Of a DNA stretch of 64,000 bases, positions 24,868-38,205 are shown one piece after another. Made by a program: the position numbers and the translations under genes. Within the stretch, counting starts at the first letter, position 1. Every line of letters starts with the position of its first letter. The stretch comes from Macrostomum lignano (lineage: Eukaryota), in contig NIVC01002284.1 in the NCBI GenBank assembly GCA_002269645.1, positions 62,001 to 126,000 on the forward strand. The letters run 5' to 3'. The notes beneath the pieces are model-generated. The model saw only the letters and a list, made by a program, of their open reading frames with translations, made no database searches and was not told the DNA's origin.

Positions 24868-25619
24868 CTGGCTCACATCCAATAGGTCTTTTCAGCAGGC
24901 TCGCATCTCTAGGCAAAAACGAAGACTCCGAATATCCGTCCAGAATCAAAGTATAAAACTAAACTCTACCTACTAAACAGATGACCAATGTACAAAAACT
25001 GCTCTTACAACACTTGGCCAACCTCAGCCACCGCTAAAAATAGCGACACCTGCTGAAATTCCCTTGTGGATGCGTGCAAGTGACATGGTGCGGTAGGCAG
25101 GCAGGCTATCAGCAGTGCACGAGGGACTGAAGTTGAAGATAACAAATTTTGCACAAAGCCAGGCAGTGCAGAAACTGCTTTGACATCACCTGCAGTTTTA
25201 CACGCGTGTTTAGCGAATGCCCGATTTAATCGCTTAGTCTTGAATAGCTGCAGTCAGTCCAGTAAGCCAAGGCCAGCATGACTAAACTCATAAAGTACTG
25301 CGGACGCGAATAAAAACTATTAAAAAATCGTCAGCGTCACATCTACGAATACGGAGATAACGCAGATAAGCTGCGACCTCATCCAAACTGCATAAAAGTA
25401 GCGCAGCTGCCGGGCATGTGGAGCATCGCCGGCATTTGCAGCTGCAGTGGAAGCCTCTCAATCTGAAGAGCAACACAGACAAGGTAAGTCTCCGTGCAGT
25501 GTCGCTGAATTCGAACGGTTTCAAGCATAGTCAGGTGTTTATGGCGTACTGGCGCTGCTGCCCCGCATAAACTCTTGTCCGTGTTTGATATCGTTGCTTC
25601 AGGAAGCCTCAATAGCATG

Positions 25620-25945
25620 CAGACCAGCGGTTCCAACGGGGATCTGGGAGACCAGCGGTTCCAACGGGGATATGGGAGACCAGCGGTTCCAACGGGGATC
25701 TGGGAGACCAGCGGTTCCAACGGGGATCTGGGAGACCAGCGGTTCCAACGGGGATCTGGGAGACCAGCGGTTCCAACGGGGATCTGGGAGACCAGCGGTT
25801 CCAACGGGGATCTGGGAGACCAGCGGTTCCAACGGGGATCTGGGAGACCAGCGGTTCCAACGGGGATCTGGGAGACCAGCGATTCCAATGGGGATCTGGG
25901 AGACCAGCGATTCCAAATGGGGATCTGGTAGACCAGCGATTTTAA
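25620..25945. repeat. 28-bp minisatellite GAGACCAGCGGTTCCAACGGGGATCTGG
   Basis: Direct tandem periodicity. Confidence 0.93.
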
Positions 25946-26493
25946 TAGGGATCTGAGACCAGGGATTCCTATGGGGATCGGAGAACAATGGGGGGTGGGA
26001 GTATGCTAGAGTATTCTACATGCAGGTGTACACTTGAGCTCATCTCACATAGAAAGCGCTAACAGGACTCTCGGACAACTTTCGCAACAACTCTACGATT
26101 CTACAGCTCACTTGATGCGTGACTCGATCAACAGTCGCCTCTCCATCGAATTATTGAGTCTCCCCAGTGTCGCTAGTGATTTACCGTTTGCAATGACTCC
26201 AAAGATAACTTTTTCAACGGGTAATAAACTAAATCCATTTACAGATTACGCGGTGCTTTGTAGAAGATAATAAAAAAGAAACTCGTATAAAACTCTAAAA
26301 TTTCAATTAACTTTGCTCCAAACAGGCAGAATTGAGTTAATTGCAGTAGTTTTGTTCTATTTGAGAAAAGCCACAAATAAAAGGCAGCTCGAAGGCAACA
26401 AAAACGATTATGAACAGACAGGAGTCTGGAAACTTTTCCTTCAAGCCGAGCAGCTGGGGCCGCCTGCAGTAAGGCTTCGGGAACAGGTCGTGT

Positions 26494-26846
26494 CTACTCA
26501 GCCAGCCTGCCAAGATTCTCCATGGCCTGGCAATGAGCCCACAATGCAAACAACTATGCAGGAGCACTTGACCACCTTGTGCAGCTTGCCATCCTTGTCA
26601 ATCTTGCACAGGCTGGCCTCAAGGGCCTCTGGCAGAGGGCCTCAACCAGCTTGGCATAGGCAGCATTGTCGCAGTCGCTGGCCAGCACGCACAGGTGGGC
26701 ACTCCATTTCTCTAGTCTAGCACCTAAGCAGACTCATGCAGGCCATGCACAAGACCATCATGGCTTAGCAAAGGCTTCAGCCAACACCTAGACAGCATTT
26801 GCCATAGTCATCTTGCCATTGGGGGCATCTCCTTCTTGTTGCTCAC
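26494..26846 (-). pseudogene. RPS12: Processed pseudogene of 40S ribosomal protein S12
   Basis: The minus strand gives [80 protein letters not shown], matching RPS12 (HDGL..G..E...LDKR.AHLCVLA..CD...Y.KLVEALC..LCKID.EGK.RKVV.CSC). No introns; contains stops, frameshifts and an internal deletion. Confidence 0.88.
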
Positions 26847-29800
26847 GCTTTGGCTTGGCATGTTGCAAGAATCTAAAACAGATATCCTCCTATGGGGAAA
26901 ATGGGGGGAAATTAGTGAATAGCAATTTATATATTGAACTTATCATTTTTAAACAACTGGCAGATTATAAGCCTTATGGTATGTTAGAATTGGGGTAGTT
27001 TGCCTGTGTCAGTCCTATCATTCACAGTCACTGATTGATTCTCAGTAAAAAGGCTCAGGTTTTTTCATCATTACAGGCAAACAACTTTTCTAAACATTAG
27101 AAAGTGGATTACTTTTAAAAATATTAAGATTTTGAGCAAATACACAGCTTGGAGATTGAAAATCTCTAAGACTTGCCCCTTGACTTGCCCCTCTCAGTTG
27201 TTCTGCAAATGCATCCATGCAAAAACTAGCTAGATCTCTGCATTGCTATATATATATATTATATTTATATAGGGCCTACCTCAGCTTAGCCCAAATCTTC
27301 AAATCTAACCCACATTGAAAAAAGTTTGCCAGCCCCTGATATAGATATTTCCAAGCTTGTATTGTGAAGGTTAATGAAGTGAAAACCACTGCTTCTATTT
27401 AAAAGCTGTTTGAAATAGGCCTAATAGATCATAGATCAAGTCATCTACCTTTAGTTTTGTATCTATGACTATACTTTTTGCAATCCTACTGGGTATGGGT
27501 AACTGAATAACTTAGGCAGTCGCTAGGAGTTTATCCACAATAATTACTTACGATGCCACCAAAAACTTGTACGCAGACTCAGACAGACAGTTTGATAGGT
27601 TGAAACCTGATGGCTTATTTTAAAGCAGCAGCCTTCCATAATTAACCTGTTTAATTGCGGCATAAACAACAAATGCTCAGTATAAAACGATCAAGAAAAT
27701 AGGTAGGATAAAGGTAAAACAAATTAAGTTAAATTAGGTTGTTTTTTAATCTAAAAAACTCTTTAAAATAGTTATGCCGAGTACAAATGTGTATAAATTA
27801 AAGAAAAAGAAATTAAATATTCTAATAATAAATACTTGTCAACAAATTTAAATAGTAATGAGATCGGACGAAATTGGTCGAAGTGTGTTTACAAATGAAA
27901 TTCAAAGAAGCTGTATGACGTCCTTAGTTGAATCAAAATGACTTCCTTTAATTTTAAGACACCATAGTTTGTTGGATTAAAATGTGATTGTCGAAATTAA
28001 CGTTTTGCTTGTATCTTGTACATGCCATTTAAACCATTTTATCATTAGAAATTGATGCCAGAAATCCTTTAAGTATACTTTAGATTTTATCTTGTTATGT
28101 TTATAGTCTAAAGCAGGTTTTAGGTCTTTCACGCAACAAAATGCTTGATGCACTGCAATTCGCTCTGGTACAAATAGAGAATTTGGTGAATTCTCTAAAC
28201 AAGAAGACTCTAAAGCAGTCATTATCAGAAATATCTCAGGTAAGGTAACCAACTGTTTTAAGTTTGCATTTTTATAAAATTTGATACTTCACTATTGCAT
28301 TTTTATTAGATTTAATTGAAATTAATGTTACTGAGTTGAATTTAGCCATTTTTTTCCTAGGCTTATTGAATAGCCCCCCTAACTTTCAAAAAACCCATCA
28401 ATGTGCAACATGGATGCAAAAAAGTACACTAAATGTGCAATATAAAATACAAAAATGAAAAAGTGATACCTAGGATGTTCCAGGACATTTTGTCAAAAAC
28501 TTTTCATCAAAAGCCTTTATATCCAACTATTATTAGGGCATTTTTTGTCAAATGCAATAAAATAAATAGAGCCCATATGAAGTGAAACGAAGGCGCCGTT
28601 AGCAAGAGGATGGGAGAAATCAGCCGACACGCGCGTGATGCGTGAACAAGCATCCAGCCTTGGCAGCAACTCCCAGATGCACAAGATCTGCATGCCTAAA
28701 AATAGTCCTGATGATCGGCGAGCAAGAAGCCCAGCCATGCGACCCTCGCGTGATGCATGCATAACCTCTGACCGACACTGCCTATTGGGCCTCGAAATCC
28801 CACTCTCTCCCCCTACTGCTCCTATTCCTCGTTGCTCGCGTACAGTGTGCTAGCTTATAAAATATACTGATTGAAGAGGAAAGATCCTCGCCTGAAGTTT
28901 GAGAATGTGACTCTAGAGATCATACAGAGAAAGTTACCATCGAGGTCCATTGTTCATTGTCTTCCTGAACTGTTGGCAGAAGGAAACGATTATAATATGG
29001 GAAAAACCCATATAAATTGTCGTTTCACATAGTTATTTTAAACTTATATTAAAATTAAAATAGTTTTCTTATGTAACTAATTTAATGCCCTTCAAATTCT
29101 AAGTTAAAATTGTCTAAAAATGACTTAAATTTACTATTTTTGTTTAAGTAAAAGGTTTTTAAAAGACATGTTTTCAAAAAGGAGTCTAATCCTAACTTTA
29201 AACCTTTTCCCTTTATATATTTTAGCTTTGTGCATAAAAAATATTTTACATTGTGAAATTATATTTCTATTATTATATTATTATTTCAAAGTCAATACTA
29301 ATGGTACAATTTAATTGTTTCATTGGCTAAAAATATATATTTAATAATAAGAATAATAACTAGCAATAAAGGTTGGACAATATTGATTTTTTAAGATTTT
29401 AAGATTAAATATTTTTGATGATATAATCATTTGGCTAAATCCTTTTAGTTTTAATATGGGTGACAGTATAATATGTTGATTTTTGATTTTGTTGATAAGT
29501 TGATTTAAGTTGAAAATCAATGTGTTAATTTTTATGTCTAGATAATTAATGCTATATTCAAAAGATTGATATTCAACATAGGGCTCTTTACTTTATTAAA
29601 AGTAATGTTCTGCTGCAGCTATAGCTATGGCTATAGATGCTTGGGCCCAACCTTGGGCGCAATCTTATATATGTTTAGGTGCAACCAAGCATATATAAGA
29701 TTGTATATAGGATAAGTTGCTATTGGACAAAATAGTAGTCACGTGACTGCTCTCAGCCAATAGCGACTTATATATGTGTGTTGCCAATAGAAATGGCCAA

Positions 29801-30754
29801 GTGAATCCCAAGGTTGCGCATATATGATCTTATGGCAAATATGGTAAAATAAGTGCCTATAGCAACTAAGGATATGCCTATGGTAGATAGTTGCTTTTAT
29901 AGCTACAACTACAGAAATATGGTAGTCTTGTAGATTCTTATAGCCATAGTTATTAATTTGTTATGAGCTAATTTTTTTAATTAGCTAATTAGCATTAGCA
30001 TAGCATCACTATGCATTAAAGTTCTTTTGAATAATACAATAGATGGCTGTCTACTAAGATAGAATTTTCATACAAAATCCTAGATGCATTTTATGCATAC
30101 TAAAAAACTCATACATTTTATAGCACATTGTTGACAAACTTGTGTAGTTATATGGACTTTTTGTATAAAGCTAACAAGAAAATTGAAAGTTAGCATGAAT
30201 TTTTTAAAAAGGTTTATTTTCTATTTGTGACATAAAACAAATATTTTGCATGCAAAAGGTAATTGGTATTCTAAGAAAGGTTCTTTATAACATTTTTGTA
30301 AGGTTCTACCATAAGTGATATCAATGTGTTATAGCCATAGCCATAAGCAAAACTATGGCTTATTTCAATTCTCCATATTTTATAGCTATAAAGACCCCAA
30401 TATTATCATATTCTTATAGTTCCTTTAGCCATAGTTATAGTTTACAAACTCTAAGAAAAAATATATTTTCAATCATGAAGATAACCCAGTATTTAAACAA
30501 CTACAAATGAAGGTAACTATGGCTATAGAATATATGGAATGTGACTTATGCTTATGCATGCCTAACTGCTGGCTAACCTGGCTGATCTGGCCATTATAAA
30601 TTGTGTTAGACTAGGGGTAAGTTGCAAAATTAAGCTAACCAAAAACAAAAAAGCCAAGAACTGAAAAAAGTAAAAAAGATACAAGGAAAAAGAAAAAGAA
30701 AAAAGTACAAATTTTACTAAATTAAAAATGGTGAAGCAAAAGAAAATCAAGTTG

Positions 30755-31500
30755 TACAAATGATTAGGTAAGTTGGAACAAGAGCAACTAAGTCACAAAA
30801 AGATTTGTTAAGTCACAAAAGGAACAAACTCAGTTGCAAAAATGATTTTGTAAGTTGCAACAAGAGCAAACTAAGTTGCAAAATTGATTTTGTAAGTTGC
30901 AACAAGAGCAACTAAGTCACAAAAGGATTTGTTAAGTCACAAAAGGAGCAAACTCAGTTGCAAAATGATTTTGTAAGTTGCAAGAAAAGCAACTAAGTCA
31001 CAAAAGGATTTGTTAAGTCACAAAAGGAGCAAACTCAGTTGCAAAATGATTTTGTAAGTTGCAACAAGAGCAACTAAGTCACAAAAAGATTTGTTAAGTC
31101 ACAAAAGGAGCAAACTAAGTTGCAAAAATGATTTTGTAAGTTGCAAGAAAAGCAACAAGTCACAAAAGGATTTGTTGTCACAAAAGGAGCAAACTAAGTT
31201 GCAAAATGATTTTGTAAGTTGCAACAAGAGCAACTAAGTCACAAAAGGATTTGTTAAGTCACAAAAGGAACAAACTAAGTTGCAAAAATGATTTTGTAAG
31301 TTGCAACAAGAGCAACTAAGTCACAAAAGGATTTGTTAAGTCACAAAAGGAGCAAACTCAGTTGCAAAATGATTTTGTAAGTTGCAAGAAAAGCAACAAG
31401 TCACAAAAGGATTTGTTGTCACAAAAGGAGCAAACTAAGTTGCAAAAATGATTTTGTAAGTTGCAACAAGAGCACCAAGTCACAAAAAGGATTAGATAAG
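30755..31500. repeat. ~81-bp higher-order tandem repeat built from ~20-bp AAGTTGCAA / AAGTCACAA subunits
   Basis: Direct periodicity in an AT-rich block. Confidence 0.88.
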
Positions 31501-32521
31501 TTGCAAAAATGCTGACCTAAAAATATAGGCATAGTACTAATTAGATTATAAGGCATTTAGCCTTAATAAGATAGGCATAGTTACTCTTACCATTTACCCA
31601 AAATTGTGTTGATATTTGCTCTACAGTTTTTTTACTAGTAAGTTGCATTTTTGGTCAAAAAGTAAGTTGCATAGCCAGTAAATCAGGGCATTGCATATGT
31701 ATGATATGACTGTAATTACTATATTTCCATAGTCATAGCTATAAGAGCAGCTATCTACTGTAATCATATCCAACATTTATATTAACATATTAACATAATT
31801 TTAGTCATATTAACATTGCAAGCACTCCTAATTAAAGTTTATATTCAGAAAAAATTGCACCTGAATTGTGTCTGGACTAAAATTAAAAAGGCCTCAATAA
31901 TACATCAAATATTTTTGTCACTACACTAGTCTATTCATTTAGTTTTAAAGATCATTATTTCTTTTAAATGAAAAATTTATAACTTGTGTCTAATTTATAG
32001 ACGAAATATATATTTAGACTAGTGTTCTATTGTAATTAGGGTCTTTTCACTATTGGTACAGTTTTAAGCATAAAAATTGCTTCTTTTAAAGTCATTATGT
32101 TTTCATATTTCTAGCCATGACTAAGAAAATAAATTGGTATTCAATATATTAGAGTTGGACATTATAGTTATTTTTCATTATTTTATAATGATTTTCATCT
32201 AAATGGGTTTTTTAATGTGAAAAGGGCTTGCTATGCTAGAACCCTTTTGATCTGGCTAAACATTAGTATTGACTAGCCATGAACATAAAATAGCTTATTA
32301 TAGTTTATAATGTATTTTGTAACAATAGGTATGAATATATTAAAATATTTGACTTAACTAAAAACGTCCCAATTTTAAACTTGATCTCTGATTCTATTAC
32401 AATTTATTTTGTTATGAAAATATCGCTGGCTATAAGACTTAATTGGTTAAAGTGAACAGACTTAAAGATTTACTGCCTAGCGCTATTAGTAACTCAAAGC
32501 TCGCCTTTTCCCATTGCTCAG

Positions 32522-33601
32522 CTGGTTAACCAGCATGGCTTCGAGGCCGAGCGCCACCTGTACAGGTGTCTGTTTTCCTCCATCGACTTCTCGGGCGCGC
32601 CGCACGACGCCAGAGGCTCGGTGAAGGACTACCACCAGACCCAGCTGCTCATCCAGGAGATGCACAGTCTGTTCGCCAAGCCCAACTTCGTCACCCTCAT
32701 CTGCTACGCCCTGGACCATCCGTTTGCCTCACAGAAGTCGCTGCGGCCGGGGTCCGGCCTGCTGCCGCAGGTCAGCCGCACCCTGAAGCTCAGCCGGGTG
32801 CAGGAGGTCACCCTCGGCCTCGCCCTGCTGTCCTCGCTGCGCCTTGAGACTCGCGAAGGCGCCCAGGCCTGGCTGCGCGCCAAGTTGCCCGACCTGCTCG
32901 CCACCTACGTGGACGCTGACGCTGGTGCAGGCGGGCACGACGGAGTTGGCGGAGTCGGCGGAGGCGGCGCCGGCGGCGGTGTGGCCGGCCTGCAGGACAT
33001 GAGCATCGAGATGGTGCACCTCATTCTCACCAAGCTGCGTGAGGAGCCGCACAGGTTCGGCGCCAGCAAGGACCTCATCGAGGCCTTCCTGCGCGTGCTG
33101 CGTAAGGATTTCCCCAAGCAGCGGGTGCCCGTAGTGCTGGCGCCGCTACTGTACGCAGAGACTGAGGATCTGCCAGTGTCGAAGGCCTTCCGCGAGCCGA
33201 CCAGCCTGCAGCAGATGGTGGTGAGCTCCAACTCGGCGCTGCAGTCCAGCCAGCAGGTTGACAGCAGCCTGGCCGAGCTGCTGGAGGAGCTGGGCTACGG
33301 CTGCACGGCTACACCGGAGGAGATGCGGCTGACCCTGGCCGAGTTCGGAGTGCGGGACATCACCCCCGCCGCCGTGGCCCGTTGCATCTCCATGTTCATG
33401 CGCACCTGCGAAGGCCACGTTGGCAACCAGATCGCCCTGCACGGCCCCGGCTCAGCCAGCTCCATCAGTTGGAAGCTGGACCAGCAGCAGCAGCAGCCGG
33501 ATACCTGGAATGTGGAAAATTTCCTCATGGCTGTGCGGGAGCTCAACTCCAGTCTGCAGCTTCGCAGCGTTGCATCCGAGCTGGACCATCCCGGCTTTGA
33601 G
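32522..33601 (+). CDS. CNOT1: CCR4-NOT subunit 1, first identified coding exon
   Basis: LVNQHGFEAERHLYRCLFSSIDFSG..KDYHQTQ..LSRVQEV..DFP..R.PVVLAPLLY..TWNVE..ELDHPGF matches the CNOT1 N-terminus; AG at 32520-32521, GT at 33602, phase 0. Confidence 0.95.
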
Positions 33602-33879
33602 GTGAGGCTCAGTCCCGCTCAGATATGATTTATGGCATTGGGGCTTTTGCTCTGATGCCCATGCCATTTTAGTAACTTTATCAAATAATTGGCTCTTTGA
33701 GTAAATTATTGTAAGAGATCGCCGACTAACGAGTAGCAAGAAAAGAACTTGATGTGTTCATAGGTGGGGGTTAGGTCAGCGGTTCCCCACTTCGTAGCCT
33801 GTCCGCTTGCCGCCTTGCGTCTTGACAAATTGATTCTTATTAGAAACTCGCTCATTGCCATTTGCCATTGACAACCCAG

Positions 33880-34347
33880 GTGAAGTCTAAGCGGGCATTC
33901 GAGCTGCTCCGCAAGTGCCTCAGCAATGGCGCCCAGGCCTCCAGCAGCGACCTGCCCATTGACGTCTTTTACCGAGACTGGAACTACGCGCAGGGCCAGC
34001 TGTCCTTCCTGCGCCACTGCATCATCCACTCGGACGTGCTCTGCCTGACCTTCTATCGCTACAGACAGACCGACATTGGCCGCCTCAAGCTGCCGCCAGA
34101 CTACGAGCTGCGCGGCAGCCCCACCCAGGTGTGGCGCAACCTGGACCTCATCGACGCCCTCATGAAGCTGTCTGAGCAGGGATTCTACACGGAGGTTCGC
34201 GAGCTGTTCGACTATCCGCTGAAAAGCTGCCCCGACCTGCTGATGCTGTCCTTGCTGCAGGCCCACGAGTCTATGGGGATATTGAAGCAGGAGCTGCTGC
34301 ACTGCCTTATCTGCATCCTGCTGACCAGCCACTCCAGTGCTTCTCTG
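33880..34347 (+). CDS. CNOT1: CNOT1 exon
   Basis: QGQLSFL..W.NLDLI..L..L..P..CPDLL.L.LLQ; AG/GT boundaries, phase 0/0. Confidence 0.93.
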
Positions 34348-34377
34348 GTGAATTGCTTTGCGAATTTTCTGCTTTTG

Positions 34378-35150
34378 TTCCAGATCCCAATTTCATTCTG
34401 CCGCCTTCCCAGATCCCCATCTCATCCTGCAACCTTCTGAGATCCCTATTGCATCCTGCCGCCTTCCCAGATCCCCATCTCATCCTGCAAACTTCCCAGA
34501 TCCCCATCTCATCCTGCCACCTTCCCAGATCCCCATCTCATCCTGCCACCTTCCCAGATCCCCATCTCATCCTGCCACCTTCCCAGATCCCCATCTCATC
34601 CTGCCACCTTCCCAGATCCCCATTGCGTCCTGCCACCTTCCCAGATCCCCATCTCATCCTGCCACCTTCCCAGATCCCCATTGCATCCTGCCACCTTCTG
34701 AGATCCCCATTGCATCCTGCCGCCTTCCCAGATCCCCATTGCATCCTGCCGCCTTCCCAGATCCCCATCTCATCCTGCAACCTTCCCAGATCCCCATCTC
34801 ATCCTGCCACCTTCCCAGATCCCCATCTCATCCTGCCACCTTCCCAGATCCCCATCTCATCCTGCCACCTTCCCAGATCCCCATCTCATCCTGCCACCTT
34901 CCCAGATCCCCATCTCATCCTGCCACCTTCCCAGATCCCCATCTCATCCTGCCACCTTCCCAGATCCCCATCTCATCCTGCCACCTTCCCAGATCCCCAT
35001 CTCATCCTGCCACCTTCCCAGATCCCCATCTCATCCTGCCACCTTCCCAGATCCCCATCTCATCCTGCCACCCCAGATCCCCATCTCATCCTGCCACCTT
35101 CCCAGATCCCCATCTCATCCTGCCACCCCAGATCCCCATCTCATCCTGTC
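34378..35150. repeat. 29-bp intronic minisatellite CCCAGATCCCCATCTCATCCTGCCACCTT
   Basis: Direct periodicity, within CNOT1 intron 34348-35269. Confidence 0.93.
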
Positions 35151-35269
35151 CCTCCCCTCTCGCCACCTCACTAAATTCTAATTTAATATTAAATTCCCAA
35201 ATCCCCACTTCCGCAATTTTATTCCACTCAAACGTCACACCGATTCTTTCTTTTCCCCTCGCCGCCCAG

Positions 35270-35942
35270 CTGCTAAACTACGCGTGGAATTTCGCCCAAG
35301 TGCGGCCGATCCTCCTGCACGCCCTGGTCGACTGGGTCTCGGAAGGAGAGGCCGTGGCGGGCGAGGGCTACCGGGCCAGCCGCGCCCTGGACCTGGTGCT
35401 GGAAATGCTGCCCAATGGGCCGGCCATGGACACCCTGGCCTGGGTGCTGAAGTCGCACAACCACCTGTTCAGCCTCAGCCTGGCCTGCCTGGCCGCCAAG
35501 CGGGACTACGTCAAGCTGGAGGCCTGGATAACCGAGCGGCTGGCCGAGTACGGCGACCAGTTCGCCCAGGCCGCGCTGAAGTTCCTGGCCGGCCGGGCCG
35601 GCCGCATGGTGGGCAAGGACGATCCGACAGACCAGATGCGGGCCGCTCAGGTGGACGCCGTCTCCGTCAAGACCATCCTGCAGTGCCTGGACCGGCGGCA
35701 GGACCGGCTGACCTTGGCGTCAGAGATTAAGACCGAGCTCGACCTGATGAAGATTAGCTTTAACAAATATGTCACTTTGGCAACCGGGCGCGACCCTCAA
35801 CAGCAGCAGCAGCCGCCAGTTCTGCCGCCTCAGCCGCCGCCGCAGCAACAGCAGCAGCCGCCGTTTGCGAAGGCGACCACGGCGGCCGCGGCCGCAGCGA
35901 TGATTGGAGCGCCGGTGCCCACCATCAGCTCGCAGCTGGCCG
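35270..35942 (+). CDS. CNOT1: CNOT1 exon
   Basis: LLNYAW..LA.LAAKRDYVKLE.W; AG/GT boundaries, phase 0/1. Confidence 0.92.
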
Positions 35943-36329
35943 GTGAGTTTCACTGCATTTGTTGAAGCATATAGCTGTTGTATCTTATTGTATCAATAAG
36001 TGGCTTTTTGTGTGTATCTTAACGCTTCAATGCGAGATGTAGAGGATGGGTGAGGGGGGTCGATATTAATCACAAGCCATGCAGCCGAAACCGCAGCTCA
36101 CAGGCATAGAAAAATATATAATGGAATTGGAGTCCCACAATTTTGCTGCAATCAGTTGAATGTACATCTGATGCGATTCGCTCACTGAATGTCGGTGATG
36201 TGAAAAAAATAAAAATGTTCAGCTGGCTATTTGCAGTAGCTTCACTGTTCGTTGTGATCCAAAACTGATGTATCGAAAAACTGGCAACGCAGTTTGCAAC
36301 TACTTTACTCTGGTCGCTCGATCCCACAG

Positions 36330-36984
36330 GCCTGCCTATGTCGCCAGCCTCCGCCATGCTGAAGCAGACTCTGGCCAGCCAACTGCCCGGCTTCGTGCCC
36401 CAGCAGCAGCAGCCCGGCCTGGCCACGCCCAAGCACAAGATCCCCATGTCCGCCATTCCCATCGGCTCGCCTGCTGGACTCGCCTTGCCGCCGCCGCAGG
36501 TGTCGCAGCAGCCGCCGCAGCCTCCCATGCCGATGTCGATGCACCATCACCCGCACCAGCAGCAGCCCATGCCGTCGATGCCGCCCGCTGGCAGATTCGG
36601 TCCCTCGCTGCCGCCTGAACTGACGGCGCCCAGCCCGCCCGAGCTGGACGAGCGCATCAACATGATGATGAAGAGCCTATTCAGCGGCACCATCACCTCC
36701 GACGAGGTGTTCAACATGCTGCGCGAGCCCAAGGAGAAGCCGCTGTGCAATTATTTCCTTCGCGTGCTGGTCGACGAGTTCCACCACATTCCCACCAGCT
36801 TCCCGCCAAAGCAGCGCGCCATCATGGCCGAGCTGTTCGGCCAGGTGATCGCCCTGGGGTTTCAGCTCACTTCTCACTCTGTGCTGGCCTTCTTCCTGCG
36901 CCTGCTCAGCCTGATTGTCACCCGGAATATCGAGACCGAGGCAGAGCAGACATTCTTCAACTTTGGCGTGGACATTCTGTTAAG
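36330..36984 (+). CDS. CNOT1: CNOT1 exon (Q/P-rich linker and start of the TTP-binding HEAT region)
   Basis: L.DEF...FP.K...I.A.LFG..I; AG/GT boundaries, phase 1/2. Confidence 0.88.
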
Positions 36985-37069
36985 GTGAGCGACCTTTCCA
37001 GCCTGAGTCTTGAAAGAGCCTTGAAAATTGCACCCAAGCACTCATGACATTCAAATCACCTCTTAGCTG

Positions 37070-38205
37070 TCATTGAAGATCGCCCTCTAGATGTCATTGA
37101 GGATGGCCCTCTAGATGCCATTGAGGATCGCCCTCTAGATGCCATTGAGGATCGCCCTCTAGATGCCATTGAGGATCGCCCTCTAGATGCCATTGAGGAT
37201 CGCCCTCTCGATGTTATTGAGGATCGCCCTCTAGATGCCATTGAGGATCGCCCTCTAGATGCCATTGAGGATCGCCCTCTAGATGCCATTGAGGATCGCC
37301 CTCTAGATGTTATTGAGGATCGCCCTCTAGATGCCATTGAGTATCGCCCTCTAGATGTCATTGAGGATCGCCCTCTAGATGTCATTGAGGATCGCCCTCT
37401 AAATGTTATTGAGGATGGCCCTCTAGATGCCATTGAGTATCGCCTTCTAGATGTTATTGAGGATGGTCCTCTAGGTGCCATTGAGGATCGCCCTCTAGAT
37501 GCCATTGAGGATCGCCCTCTCGATGTTATTGAGGATCGCCCTCTAGATGCCATTGAGTATCGCCCTCTAAATGTTATTGAGGATGGTCCTCTAGATGCCA
37601 TTGAGGATCGCCCTCTCGATGTTATTGAGGATCGCCCTCTAGATGTCATTGAGGATCGCCCTCTAGATGTTATTGAGAATGGTCCTCTAGGTGCCATTGA
37701 GGATCGCCCTCTAGATGCCATTGAGGATCGCCCTCTAGATGTCATTGAGGATCGCCCTCTAGATGCCATTGAGGATCGCCCTCTAGGTGCCATTGAGGAT
37801 CGCCCTCTAGATGCCATTGAGGATCGCCCTCTCGATGTTATTGAGGATCGCCCTCTAGATGTCATTGAGGATCGCCCTCTAGATGCCATTGAGGATCGCC
37901 CTCTAGATGCCATTGAGGATCGCCCTCTAGATGTTATTGAGGATCGCCCTCTAGATGCCATTGAGTATCGCCCTCTAGATGTCATTGAGGATCGCCCTCT
38001 AGATGTCATTGAGGATCGCCCTCTAAATGTTATTGAGGATGGCCCTCTAGATGCCATTGAGTATCGCCTTCTAGATGTTATTGAGGATCGCCCTCTCGAT
38101 GCCATTGAGGATCGCCCTCTCGATGTTATTGAGGATCGCCCTCTAGATGTCATTGAGGATCGCCCTCTAGATGTCATTGAGGATCGCCCTCTAAATGTCA
38201 TTGAG
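37070..38205. repeat. 24-bp intronic minisatellite GAGGATCGCCCTCTAGATGCCATT
   Basis: Direct periodicity, within CNOT1 intron 36985-38247. Confidence 0.95.

Noticed and set aside
26034-26270. Candidate CNOT1 first exon (RTLGQLSQQLYD)
   Set aside because: Only a weak match to LSQISYLVD, no KKN motif, and no phase-0 donor at the required position.
27977-28252. Possible decayed transposase fragment (..SLFVPERIAVHQAF..YK..)
   Set aside because: Only a vague resemblance to an E-x-x-E-x-x-H catalytic motif; too degraded to support.
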